Shown here: positions 47,891 to 56,544 of the stretch, piece by piece
Position numbering within the stretch: position 1 is the first letter of the stretch
Layout: every line of letters starts with the position of its first letter
IMG/VR virus record: IMGVR_UViG_3300044701_003563
DNA: 64,000 nucleotides
Origin: a virus
Direction: 5' to 3' (one strand)
Made by a program: the position numbers and the translations under genes
Notes under the pieces: model-generated
Told to the model about the DNA's origin: nothing
The model's database searches: none
The model's input: the letters and a program-made list of their open reading frames with translations, nothing else

Positions 47891-47964
47891 GGGGGCGTCC
47901 GTATAAACTGGACCTTTTGTACTCCCCCTTTGTCTTAGGAGATTGCAACCGATTTCTCAGTTAC
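47891..47964 (-). ncRNA. Putative structured leader/small RNA ahead of tRNA-Thr
   Basis: GUAACUGA-GAAA-UCGGUUGC GNRA hairpin at the predicted start site, then a GGGGG...GUCC-loop-GGAC-G-CCCCC stem. Confidence 0.4.
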
Positions 47965-47970
47965 TTGTAT

Positions 47971-47999
47971 ACTATAAGACACTTGTGGTTTTTTGTCAA
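47971..47999 (-). promoter_or_regulatory. Sigma70-type early promoter
   Basis: TTGACA, 17 nt, TATAGT. Confidence 0.75.
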
Positions 48000-48003
48000 G
48001 TCC

Positions 48004-48288
48004 TCAATCTTTTGGAACGAGGTCTGGGTAATCAACTTCAATTGGAAATAAACATGGGTGTGCTTCTTCTGCTATTAAATATGAAGAAGACATATAAAGA
48101 TCATGTGGTGTGAATACTTTATATTTATTAGCTTCCATCTCTAAAGTTGGATCCCAAAGAGAGATTTCTGGAATATCATCGAATGTATAAGGATAGTTTT
48201 CAATAAAATACATTTTAACAACGTATTTTTTTGATCCAGGTTCTTGTGGATCATACCAGCAAAAACAAGTACTTACTCGGTATATCAT
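48004..48288 (-). CDS. Hypothetical protein
   Basis: 94-aa ORF (VKMYFI...PYTFDD...SSYLIAEEAHPCLF) downstream of a perfect late promoter. Confidence 0.75.
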   Translation of the reverse strand: MIYRVSTCFCWYDPQEPGSKKYVVKMYFIENYPYTFDDIPEISLWDPTLEMEANKYKVFTPHDLYMSSSYLIAEEAHPCLFPIEVDYPDLVPKD

Positions 48289-48312
48289 AAGATTCTTGGA
48301 TCTTATTTTAAG

Positions 48313-48320
48313 TATTTATA
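48313..48320 (-). promoter_or_regulatory. T4 late promoter
   Basis: Exact TATAAATA immediately 3' of tRNA-Leu(TAA). Confidence 0.7.
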
Positions 48321-48321
48321 G

Positions 48322-48404
48322 TAGGACGAGGGGGACTTGAACCCCCACAGGCAATGCCCGACAGATTTTAAGTCTGGTGTGTCTACCGATTCCACCACCG
48401 TCCC
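48322..48404 (-). tRNA. trnL: tRNA-Leu(TAA)
   Basis: GGGACGG acceptor, CAGA-CTTAAAA-TCTG anticodon arm, long variable arm, GGTTCAAGTCC. Confidence 0.93.
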
Positions 48405-48408
48405 GAGG

Positions 48409-48480
48409 TGCTTCTGCAGGGACTTGAACCCCGTTCACTCCGTTATAAGCAGAGGGCCTTAACCTATAGGCGACAGAAGC
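48409..48480 (-). tRNA. trnI: tRNA-Ile(TAT)
   Basis: GCTTCTG/CAGAAGC acceptor, CTCTG-CTTATAA-CGGAG anticodon arm, GGTTCAAGTCC. Confidence 0.85.
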
Positions 48481-48497
48481 ATTTCTCGTATATGACA

Positions 48498-48526
48498 ATC
48501 ATAGCAGGTCTTGCTTTGATTGTCAA
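48498..48526 (-). promoter_or_regulatory. Sigma70-type early promoter
   Basis: TTGACA, 17 nt, TATGAT, just upstream of tRNA-Ile(TAT). Confidence 0.75.
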
Positions 48527-48527
48527 G

Positions 48528-48608
48528 TGCCCCTAGTCAGATTTGAACTGACAAACCCGTAGGCGGTTGATTTTGAGTCAACTGTGTTTACCGTTTCACC
48601 ACAGGGGC
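48528..48608 (-). tRNA. trnL: tRNA-Leu(CAA)
   Basis: GCCCCTG acceptor, GTTGA-CTCAAAA-TCAAC anticodon arm, variable arm, AGTTCAAATCT. Confidence 0.93.
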
Positions 48609-48684
48609 TGGTGCTCCTTGAGGGGATCGAACCCACCTGATACCGATTATGAGTCGGGTGCTTTCACCAGATAGCTAAAGGAGC
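48609..48684 (-). tRNA. tRNA(CAT): elongator Met or lysidine-type Ile2; CCA encoded
   Basis: GCTCCTT/AAGGAGC acceptor (G1-C72, so not an initiator), CCGA-CTCATAA-TCGG anticodon arm, GGTTCGATCCC, ACCA end. Confidence 0.9.
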
Positions 48685-48687
48685 AAG

Positions 48688-48708
48688 AATACTCGGAAAC
48701 CGAGTATT
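48688..48708. other. Perfect 9-bp stem hairpin between a CDS and tRNA(CAT)
   Basis: AATACTCGG-AAA-CCGAGTATT. Confidence 0.6.
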
Positions 48709-48713
48709 TAAAT

Positions 48714-48905
48714 TCAACTTGAGTAAGTGGGAGGATTATACTTCAAGTATTCAAAGAAAGTTAATTTCATTTCTTTTTGAGTCATACCGCAATGTTTTGC
48801 TGCAGCAGGAAGAGTCATTTTGCAATTGAATAATGCTTCGTTTGCTTCTCTTACATTTTCTGGAGTTGTCTTTGTTGGGATTTCTTTAAGTTCTTTGTAA
48901 TTCAT
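48714..48905 (-). CDS. Small hypothetical protein, possible HTH
   Basis: MTLPAAAKHCGMTQKEMK resembles a helix-turn-helix. Confidence 0.7.
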   Translation of the reverse strand: MNYKELKEIPTKTTPENVREANEALFNCKMTLPAAAKHCGMTQKEMKLTFFEYLKYNPPTYSS

Positions 48906-49070
48906 TCAGTCAATAAAACCTTGAATTTGTTTCAGCTTTGCATGTGCAATGCATTCTACCATAGTCCAGTATGCTTCACCACTTAGAGGGAAATTTTCCT
49001 GTGTGAAGTGTGCTGCTACGTCTTCTTGCATTGCGACAAGATCATTGCTGACTTCTCTATCCACTTGCAT
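48906..49070 (-). CDS. Small hypothetical early protein (54 aa)
   Basis: MQVDREVSNDLVAMQEDVAAHF...SGEAYWTMVECIA; start moved to 49070 because a promoter lies in the upstream extension. Confidence 0.7.
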   Translation of the reverse strand: MQVDREVSNDLVAMQEDVAAHFTQENFPLSGEAYWTMVECIAHAKLKQIQGFID

Positions 49071-49101
49071 TGAGGGGGGTCCGTCAGTTGAGTACCTACA
49101 T

Positions 49102-49130
49102 ATTGTACTACACCCCTTGCCCGTCGTCAA
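49102..49130 (-). promoter_or_regulatory. Sigma70-type early promoter
   Basis: TTGACG, 17 nt, TACAAT. Confidence 0.7.
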
Positions 49131-49135
49131 GCCCC

Positions 49136-49972
49136 ATGAAAGTTGCGTTGATCCTTACTGGACATATGAGAGACTGGGAAGATTTTTTCCCAACTATTAA
49201 ACAGGAAATACTTGATAGATACAATCCCGATGTATATATCTCATCATTTAATCATAATTTGGATAGTATAAGAGAATATGACACTGAAGAAGGTCATATT
49301 ATTGATGATCGAAAGGATGATTTGGAATATTTTAATATAGCAAAAATCTTGGAATATTATAAACCAAAAAAATATATTTTTAGAGATGATAATTATCAGT
49401 TAGATTTTAAGTTTAACACCATTTCCATTGAAAGAATTCCTAGAGAGTGGGCAGAAAGAAATATTTTAAGTTGGCATACAGTATATCTCTCCCTTGAATT
49501 AATAAATTTGGAAGATTATGATATTATTATTAGAGCTAGGCCAGATGTATATGTTAGAAATATAAAATTGTATAGAAACGAAAACTTAGTAATACCAGAT
49601 TTATGCGTAGATCCAGGTCCATGTACAATAAATGAAGGATTATATCCAGATTTCGCATATGGAAATTCAAAATATATGCAAAAATATCTTGCAACTTACG
49701 AAAAGTTACAAGAAATGCATTCAAAGGGGTTGACTGATATTTCGGTAAGAGAAATGACCCTAATGGATTATGTCAAAAAATATATTGGTTTGGATAATAT
49801 TTGCATGGATCCCGAAATAGAATGGAGATATAAAGATACCGAATGGTCAACCCAATTAAGAGAGATGCAATTTATGACTCAAATGGACAATCCATTGGGA
49901 TGGTTTGAACATGGGCAAATTACTCAGGAAGAACTTGATTTTATAATGAAAGCCACTGAGACGGGTGAGTAG
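49136..49972 (+). CDS. Putative glycosyltransferase-like protein; only plus-strand gene
   Basis: MKVALILTGHMR...DVYISS...YDIIIRARPD...PDFAYGNS pattern; normal phage codon usage; ATG at 49136. Confidence 0.65.
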   Translation: MKVALILTGHMRDWEDFFPTIKQEILDRYNPDVYISSFNHNLDSIREYDTEEGHIIDDRKDDLEYFNIAKILEYYKPKKYIFRDDNYQLDFKFNTISIERIPREWAERNILSWHTVYLSLELINLEDYDIIIRARPDVYVRNIKLYRNENLVIPDLCVDPGPCTINEGLYPDFAYGNSKYMQKYLATYEKLQEMHSKGLTDISVREMTLMDYVKKYIGLDNICMDPEIEWRYKDTEWSTQLREMQFMTQMDNPLGWFEHGQITQEELDFIMKATETGE

Positions 49973-50624
49973 ATCCTTGATGATGATAGAAAGAATCTTC
50001 AGATAAAGTTATTCTAATATCTCCAGCAACAACAATTCGTTCATCTGCTCTATCAATATATTGTTGAGTGAAGTGTCCAATATTGCTTGGAAAAATTACA
50101 ACAGTTCCTTCAACAGGAGTAATCGTATAGACACTACAATTGTATCTATTATATTGCTTAATTAAATTATGCTTTTCTGCAGTTTCAAAAAGTCCACGTA
50201 TGCATTCATTTTTATTATCTCCCTGAACAGAAACGCAAAATTTATCTGAAGTTGGATCTGTTTTGAGATAATAAACAAAACTTAAATTCGATTCGTTATG
50301 CGTATGTGGGGATACTGATGGAGTTTCATTATCTCCATGATAACCTACCCAAGTTTTGACTACATGGTAAGATAATTTTGAATGATCAACTGAGAGTGTA
50401 TCAAAATAACCATCAACATTCCTTTTCAATTCGGAAAAAAAATCGGAATAGTTTTCATTCAAATGTGCAAAAATTTTACCAGAGCATTCTGGACTTTCAT
50501 GTACATATCCATTAAACCAATAATCACGAAGTTCATCAAGATATTTTTCTTTAAATTCTTTGTGTGTTCTAATTGTACCTTGATAAACAATTAGAGGACA
50601 TACCTCATGAATTGTATTCTCCAT
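49941..50624 (-). CDS. 2OG-Fe(II) oxygenase (TIGR02466-like)
   Basis: PHTH..SNLSFVYYL...PVEGTVVIFPSNIGH...RIVVAGDI. Confidence 0.8.
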   Translation of the reverse strand: MENTIHEVCPLIVYQGTIRTHKEFKEKYLDELRDYWFNGYVHESPECSGKIFAHLNENYSDFFSELKRNVDGYFDTLSVDHSKLSYHVVKTWVGYHGDNETPSVSPHTHNESNLSFVYYLKTDPTSDKFCVSVQGDNKNECIRGLFETAEKHNLIKQYNRYNCSVYTITPVEGTVVIFPSNIGHFTQQYIDRADERIVVAGDIRITLSEDSFYHHQGSTHPSQWLSL

Positions 50625-51267
50625 CAAATATCAGACCTTCATTAATAGTACTACCACTATTATCTCCTGGATATGCCATTGGCGTCAACCCCTCATATTC
50701 TGAAATATTTTTCTCAACATCAATTCGTTCTGCCATAATTTGATAGTAACAATTTATTGGTCCGCCCAAATTATTTTTAACAATTACTCTTGTTCCCCAT
50801 TGGACTGCTTCAACAAATAATTCTTGATATACACCAATCGGTGTTAAAGTAACATTTATAGTATCTAAATTAACTAATTTTGGCCAATAGTCGGGAAGTT
50901 TAATAACATTTCCTTCTGCCAATTTTCCTTTAATATAAACATCAGCATCTGGACCTTCTAAACATACATGCCTTAATCTATGCCCATCTCTTGTTGGATG
51001 GGGAATATCAAAACTTTTTTTAGCATTCCAAACGCAAGATCTTGATGATAATGTCCCACCACATCCATCAGTCCATCTCAAATCATTAACGAAAACTCTA
51101 TCATGATAATATAATTGGCACCCATTGAAAACATCAAAACTTCTATTGTCATCCCCCGTATATGGAAGTAGAGGTCTTATAAAACTTCCATATGGTATTG
51201 CCCATATTTGTTTTGGTCTGCAGTTCGGTTTTGCAACCGTTCTTGGAGTCATATTTGTTCCAGCCAT
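50605..51267 (-). CDS. Baseplate/spike-associated hypothetical protein, paralog of 51270..52088
   Basis: C-terminal KSFDIPHP...RLRHVCLEGP..DVYIKGK...LPDYW..LV....I.VTLTPIG domain. Confidence 0.65.
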   Translation of the reverse strand: MAGTNMTPRTVAKPNCRPKQIWAIPYGSFIRPLLPYTGDDNRSFDVFNGCQLYYHDRVFVNDLRWTDGCGGTLSSRSCVWNAKKSFDIPHPTRDGHRLRHVCLEGPDADVYIKGKLAEGNVIKLPDYWPKLVNLDTINVTLTPIGVYQELFVEAVQWGTRVIVKNNLGGPINCYYQIMAERIDVEKNISEYEGLTPMAYPGDNSGSTINEGLIFDGEYNS

Positions 51268-51269
51268 AA

Positions 51270-52088
51270 TTATGCCCTCTTAAGATTAGTTGTTTGATCT
51301 TCACGTTGGTCGTAATTCCATCCAACAATAGAATATTCTGTATTGTCTCCTGGATAATCTTGGGGATTAAATCCTTTATATTCGGGGATTAATTTATCAC
51401 CATCTTTTCTTTCACCATAAATGTGATAGAAGCAATTGATTGGCATACCTCCTTTTGATTGAAGATACACTTTATTCTCATCGATTCTTTTTACGATTAC
51501 ATCTTGATGGGCACCGATTGGAGTCAAATTTACAGTGATTGTTGTGTGATCAACTAACCCCCTCCAATATTCTGGTAATTCAATGTAATCTTTACTTGCA
51601 ACTTTTCCTCTAATATAAACATCATTACTTGGACCTTCTGGGCAAGTATGTCTCAATCTCCATCCATTTTTTGTTGGATGTTTAATATCAAAATTCTTTT
51701 TCAACGATAGAATGTGAGCACCGCACCTAGAAACAACTTCTCCCTGTGCTACTATATTAAATCCAGCACAAACATTTCCAGCTACATCAACGTTGCCAAA
51801 AAAACCAGAATTTCCAATAGTTGCTAAAGAATATGGATTATTCAATGCTGGTCCACCCCAACATAAAGCACCTGGGGCAAAAGTAGGTGGAGAATCTAAA
51901 TTTGTATTTGGACCAATCATTACAGTTGCCCAAACATTTGGCCAAATAAAAGGATTTCCAAATACAGACGGACCCTCAATAAAACTAGAACCTCTAATTC
52001 TTGCTGGTCCCAACAATAAAGCTGGGGGATATCCAGCTCCCACATTCAATTGATGGGATGCTGTAATATCGTCTACTGCGTATGCCAT
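51270..52088 (-). CDS. Baseplate/spike-associated hypothetical protein
   Basis: KNFDIKHP...RLRHTCPEGP..DVYIRGK...LPEYW..LV domain shared with the neighbouring gene. Confidence 0.65.
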   Translation of the reverse strand: MAYAVDDITASHQLNVGAGYPPALLLGPARIRGSSFIEGPSVFGNPFIWPNVWATVMIGPNTNLDSPPTFAPGALCWGGPALNNPYSLATIGNSGFFGNVDVAGNVCAGFNIVAQGEVVSRCGAHILSLKKNFDIKHPTKNGWRLRHTCPEGPSNDVYIRGKVASKDYIELPEYWRGLVDHTTITVNLTPIGAHQDVIVKRIDENKVYLQSKGGMPINCFYHIYGERKDGDKLIPEYKGFNPQDYPGDNTEYSIVGWNYDQREDQTTNLKRA

Positions 52089-52091
52089 AAA

Positions 52092-52769
52092 TTAACCAAA
52101 ATAATTTTGCTTAAGTAACATTGTTAAAGTTGTAACTGGATTCAATTTATCAGGTTTAAATTGACATCCAGCTGTTAATCCAGATACGAAATTTCCAATA
52201 AAATTTAATGAAGTATTTGATGCTATATTAATAGATTTGGGGCAAAATATTGTTATTCCCTTTTGAGCCTTAACATCAAAGTTTCCAGTTTTAATATTTA
52301 CCGATTCATTTGAATCAAGATTTATTGTTCCTCTTGTCAGATCTGGTCCTTCTGCTCTTATATCTATGTCCATTGCAGACATACGAATTCTGCCCTTAGG
52401 AGCACGAATAATTATATCTCCATTTTCTGCCAGTAAGAAAAATCCAACTCCAGGCCAATCCCCACCTACAGCACTTGCACCAATTTTTCCAGCATGATCT
52501 GAAGCACACCAAATTTGATATGGACCAGGAGAACGATTTGATGTCCATCCTGGCCTTGCCCCGTCATTATCCATTGTCATATAATGCCTAGAGTCATGTG
52601 CTTGAAGCATCACCCCAGAAGTTACGTCAGCATCAACTTTACTTCCACTTGCCAAATGGAGATGTCCAAATTCTATTTGACCATTTTTATTTCCATATAC
52701 TAAATGATTCTGATTTGTTTTAGCTCCACTTTGAGATGTTTTCTTTTGCTCATTAATTTTTTTTGTCAT
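52092..52769 (-). CDS. Hypothetical protein, gp5 C-terminal beta-helix/needle-like
   Basis: AENGDIIIRAPKGRIRMSAMDIDIRA...INLDSNESVNIKT periodic beta strands; directly follows gp5. Confidence 0.55.
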   Translation of the reverse strand: MTKKINEQKKTSQSGAKTNQNHLVYGNKNGQIEFGHLHLASGSKVDADVTSGVMLQAHDSRHYMTMDNDGARPGWTSNRSPGPYQIWCASDHAGKIGASAVGGDWPGVGFFLLAENGDIIIRAPKGRIRMSAMDIDIRAEGPDLTRGTINLDSNESVNIKTGNFDVKAQKGITIFCPKSINIASNTSLNFIGNFVSGLTAGCQFKPDKLNPVTTLTMLLKQNYFG

Positions 52770-55700
52770 TAAGGTCTCCTAGAAATTTTTCCTACACAAT
52801 CTATAATTTGGATCAAAGACACATTGGGATCTGTTCCAATTCTTTCGTCAGTTAATTCATTTAGATCATTACCAATTCTCTTAACTCCAAATATTGGCTT
52901 AATAACTGCATTAATTCCAGTATTGGATCTAATAAAGATTTTAGGTACACTTGTAAATCCTATTCCTGGATTTACAATATTTACCGATTCAAGTCTTCCA
53001 AACTTATCATATTTCGGTTCTAATATAGAACCAGAATTTGGTTGCAATTCAATTTTATCATTTGCTGAATAATTAATTCCAGGATTTGCTATTAAAACAT
53101 CATTTAATATCAAAACGACAGGATAAGATCCATCACTAGAAGATGGATTAGTGATTTGATTACTTAAATCAACTATATTTGTATTTGGTGTAGTTATCAG
53201 TCCATTGTTTTGGATTGTTATCCCCGTTTCTTGTCCAAATCCAGTTAATGATTGAAGTTCATTGCCTTCATTATCATATACTCCAGCAAGTGTTCCTGTT
53301 GGTAAATATGCCACATTTCCAACAAGAACAGGAATTGTAGTATTTGGTGGATAAACACTATATCCACTATTTTCATCGAATATTATTGTATCTTCTGGAT
53401 TTGAAAACTTAACCCCATCGGCATAAATGGATCCATCTGGTGCTGGCAAATAACCAACTCCAGGATCTATAACAACAACTTCCTGGATCGGAGAACCATC
53501 TGGACCAGAAAAAGTTCCTGGAACACTTACTCCACCAGCAGATGATCCCAAATCTTCTGCTGATCTTATTACGCCCGCATTAGAATTTAATGGGACTCCA
53601 TTTGCGACTGCAGGAGAATTTAAAGAATTTGCTCCTGCGACTAAAGGTATTCCAGAATTTCCACTACAGACATTTATTCCAGCAACTTGTACAGGATATC
53701 CCCCAGAAGTTGCTAAATTGCCAGTGCATTGTAAATCTACTCTAAGTATAGTTCCGCCATTTCCACCGACTGTGGCGAGTTCTCCATTTAAAATGACGGG
53801 AACCCCATTTACAGTGACTGGAGATCCAGAGGTGGCTCCAATTTTTACAAATGATACTGCTGTTATATTTCCATTTGGTGTTGTTATTGACCCAGTTCCA
53901 TCTGGATTAGATTCAATTTTAGTTCCATTTGGCAATGTAGTAATATTTTTTCCAAATTGATCTTCAGAATTTGGAGAATTATTTAACAAATTTGAGATAT
54001 TTTTTACGTCGGCAGTAAATATTCCCTCACCAACAAATCTACTGTTTATAACCTGACCAGTTCCTTTGAAAGAACCTTGACCAGAACCAACTAATAAAGT
54101 ATCGAATCCACTAAAGGATCCACCTAAACTAAAATCTTGACCCAAATTAGTTTTTCCATTTAATGTTCCATTGCCTTTGAAAGATCCATTTTCATATGTG
54201 CCTCTTCCATTAAATTCTCCAGTATATGGACCTTGCAAAATAACAATATTTTCTACGCCTTCAAATAATGGTATATCTACACTTGCTATTATATTTTGAT
54301 TGTTTGTCAGTCCTTGAAGTTGAGATCCTCCATTACCTCCAACATTAACTGGTGTTCCTCCAGTTCCACCGAGAACTAAAGGTCCAGCATTTGTAATGAC
54401 TGGAGTTCCATCACCACCTACAAATAATGAAAACCCAGTTCCTCCATCAGTCACAGGTCTTTGATTATATGTTAATGGATTTCCCCCAGATCCCCCAACG
54501 GTAATAGGAGTTCCGCCATTTCCCCCAACATTTACTGGGACATTTGAATATGTTAAAGGTTCTCCAGTCCCTAAAGGAGTTGCTCCAGATGGAGGTGAAA
54601 TTGGATTTACTGTAAAAGTTGGCAGGGTTGATTTTGAATTTATCTTTAAAGGAACATCCCTTACAGTAGGTTCTGTTTGTGTATTTGCAGAATCTGGATT
54701 TCTACTAGTTTCTCCACCAGTTCCTCCAAAAAACGTATTATCATTCTCTAATCTTGCATATAAAACGGTTCCACTTCCAGGACCATCATCACTTAATACT
54801 ACAGTTGGTGATGATGTATATCCTGTTCCCCCATCAATAATATCTACTCCCAATATTTCTCCCTGTGGGCTAATAATTGGATTTCCAATCGCACCAATTC
54901 CACCACCACCTATAAACTTAACTTTTGGTGGTTTTGCTTTCTTTGGTTTTTTGGAGTTTGCAAGACATGCTGATACACCACCAGTTACTCCACCACTAAA
55001 TGCGTTTAATTGTATTATGTTACTTAGATTTGGTATGCTAATATTACTAGATGAATCACCATACCAAAAACTCCAACCATCTCCAGCACTACAATCAGCA
55101 TCTTCATCACAAGTCAAAAATGCAATGATTCCCAAAATCGAACTCAGTGCATTAAATATTCCACTCATTATTCCACTAAGGCCCCCCAAAATAGATCCCA
55201 AAACATCACCTATTTGAGAAAGAGCATTTGCTATTGGGCCCAATATTCCGCCCAATAAACTTCCCATAAATGACTCAATTAAACATTGTGCGGTATCCAT
55301 GGCCTTGCCAAGAAGACCATTTAAGAGTTTAAATACTGCACCCAAAAGACCTTTAATTATCTTATTAAAAACACATGCTAAGATATCAACAACTACTTGA
55401 GCACCTTCATTAGCTGCTGGTGTTAAGTTTGGGGGAAGATTTGCTTGGATTAAAATTAAAGTTTTATTGAGAATATTTTCTGCAAATCCTCTCATTTTAT
55501 CAATAATGCCTTTCATGAGATCAGTTACTAATAATGCGACATCTTCGATAAGTGAATTGATGCCATTTATTACATCAGAAACTGCTCCAGCAAAAGTATC
55601 TGCAGCTGCTTTTATCTTATTAATAAGTGCCTGAACATCCTTTATAACTTTTTGAATTGCAGAAAGAGCACCTCCCGATTTTGCATCACATGCATATGTT

Positions 55701-56308
55701 TTTGGAAGATAATGAGTTCGTTGTTCTTTTAAAATGTCAATATCTCTAACATCCAATACATAATTTCCTCCAGCAGATTCACTAAAAGGAACTCCCGCGT
55801 CTGGACCTTCTCCTAATAAATTTTTAGTGGCAACATCATCGGATCCATTTCTTCCAACAAATCCAGTTCTTGAGAAAAATCCTTTATCTGGATCTCCACC
55901 AAAAAGTCTTGTCTGTGCATGATTTGGCAGCAATCCAAATATAATGGGCTCTGTTGCTTCTACACCATCTTTGTAAAAACCAAATACATAATTTCCTTGT
56001 CTTAAATTTGGAGTTTGGACAGACCCCCCATGACCACTTCCAGCAGTTACTGGAAGTGAGACTTCTGCCATATAAAGCTCTTCATCTGGAGTTCCTTTTT
56101 CTTTATCCTCCAAATCTCTACCAAAAATTCTTACTTTATACCTATATCCATAACCTTGAAAATCATCTCTAGATCTAAGGCTATGTTTTCCATCTTCTCT
56201 AGCAAGATTCTCAACCCATGTAGATTCGTCAACTATTTGACCAAACCACATGTAAGTCAAATTCACTCCACTTGAATCGGAATTAAATAAAGTTCCTTGT
56301 CCTGACAT
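52769..56308 (-). CDS. gp5: Baseplate hub subunit gp5-like (OB fold), extended
   Basis: WFGQIVD...YRYKVRIFG...LPVTAGSG...QGNYVFGFYKDG...PIIFG N-terminal OB fold; ends IQIIDCVG. Confidence 0.75.
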   Translation of the reverse strand: MSGQGTLFNSDSSGVNLTYMWFGQIVDESTWVENLAREDGKHSLRSRDDFQGYGYRYKVRIFGRDLEDKEKGTPDEELYMAEVSLPVTAGSGHGGSVQTPNLRQGNYVFGFYKDGVEATEPIIFGLLPNHAQTRLFGGDPDKGFFSRTGFVGRNGSDDVATKNLLGEGPDAGVPFSESAGGNYVLDVRDIDILKEQRTHYLPKTYACDAKSGGALSAIQKVIKDVQALINKIKAAADTFAGAVSDVINGINSLIEDVALLVTDLMKGIIDKMRGFAENILNKTLILIQANLPPNLTPAANEGAQVVVDILACVFNKIIKGLLGAVFKLLNGLLGKAMDTAQCLIESFMGSLLGGILGPIANALSQIGDVLGSILGGLSGIMSGIFNALSSILGIIAFLTCDEDADCSAGDGWSFWYGDSSSNISIPNLSNIIQLNAFSGGVTGGVSACLANSKKPKKAKPPKVKFIGGGGIGAIGNPIISPQGEILGVDIIDGGTGYTSSPTVVLSDDGPGSGTVLYARLENDNTFFGGTGGETSRNPDSANTQTEPTVRDVPLKINSKSTLPTFTVNPISPPSGATPLGTGEPLTYSNVPVNVGGNGGTPITVGGSGGNPLTYNQRPVTDGGTGFSLFVGGDGTPVITNAGPLVLGGTGGTPVNVGGNGGSQLQGLTNNQNIIASVDIPLFEGVENIVILQGPYTGEFNGRGTYENGSFKGNGTLNGKTNLGQDFSLGGSFSGFDTLLVGSGQGSFKGTGQVINSRFVGEGIFTADVKNISNLLNNSPNSEDQFGKNITTLPNGTKIESNPDGTGSITTPNGNITAVSFVKIGATSGSPVTVNGVPVILNGELATVGGNGGTILRVDLQCTGNLATSGGYPVQVAGINVCSGNSGIPLVAGANSLNSPAVANGVPLNSNAGVIRSAEDLGSSAGGVSVPGTFSGPDGSPIQEVVVIDPGVGYLPAPDGSIYADGVKFSNPEDTIIFDENSGYSVYPPNTTIPVLVGNVAYLPTGTLAGVYDNEGNELQSLTGFGQETGITIQNNGLITTPNTNIVDLSNQITNPSSSDGSYPVVLILNDVLIANPGINYSANDKIELQPNSGSILEPKYDKFGRLESVNIVNPGIGFTSVPKIFIRSNTGINAVIKPIFGVKRIGNDLNELTDERIGTDPNVSLIQIIDCVGKISRRP

Positions 56309-56313
56309 AAAGA

Positions 56314-56526
56314 TTAATCTTCGTAAATTCTACACTCTAAAGCATCTGGATTTGAATCACAATATAATTCAAGAGATGATGGATCGTGATGATCTTCTGG
56401 ATGTCTTTCATGATACATCTCTAATTGCTCCAATTCACCTTCAATATGCCTGCGAGTTTGAGGTGAAGTCGTGGGATTATCAAGAATATCTTTGTCTACT
56501 TCAATGTGCTTTTCTATGCTTTCCAT
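56314..56526 (-). CDS. cp12: CP12 Calvin-cycle inhibitor (auxiliary metabolic gene)
   Basis: C-terminal LELYCDSNPDALECRIYED; N-terminal SIEKHI...SPQTRRHIEGELEQL typical of phage/picocyanobacterial CP12. Confidence 0.95.
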   Translation of the reverse strand: MESIEKHIEVDKDILDNPTTSPQTRRHIEGELEQLEMYHERHPEDHHDPSSLELYCDSNPDALECRIYED

Positions 56527-56544
56527 AAGATTCCTCCTTAGTTA

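Noticed and set aside
48316-48498. 60-aa ORF
   Set aside because: It is a read-through of tRNA-Ile and tRNA-Leu sequence.
49941-50624. 2OG-Fe(II) oxygenase as a collagen prolyl hydroxylase
   Set aside because: The Y position of both collagens is Gln, the long one has no Pro in its helix, and the enzyme resembles the common cyanophage TIGR02466-like family.
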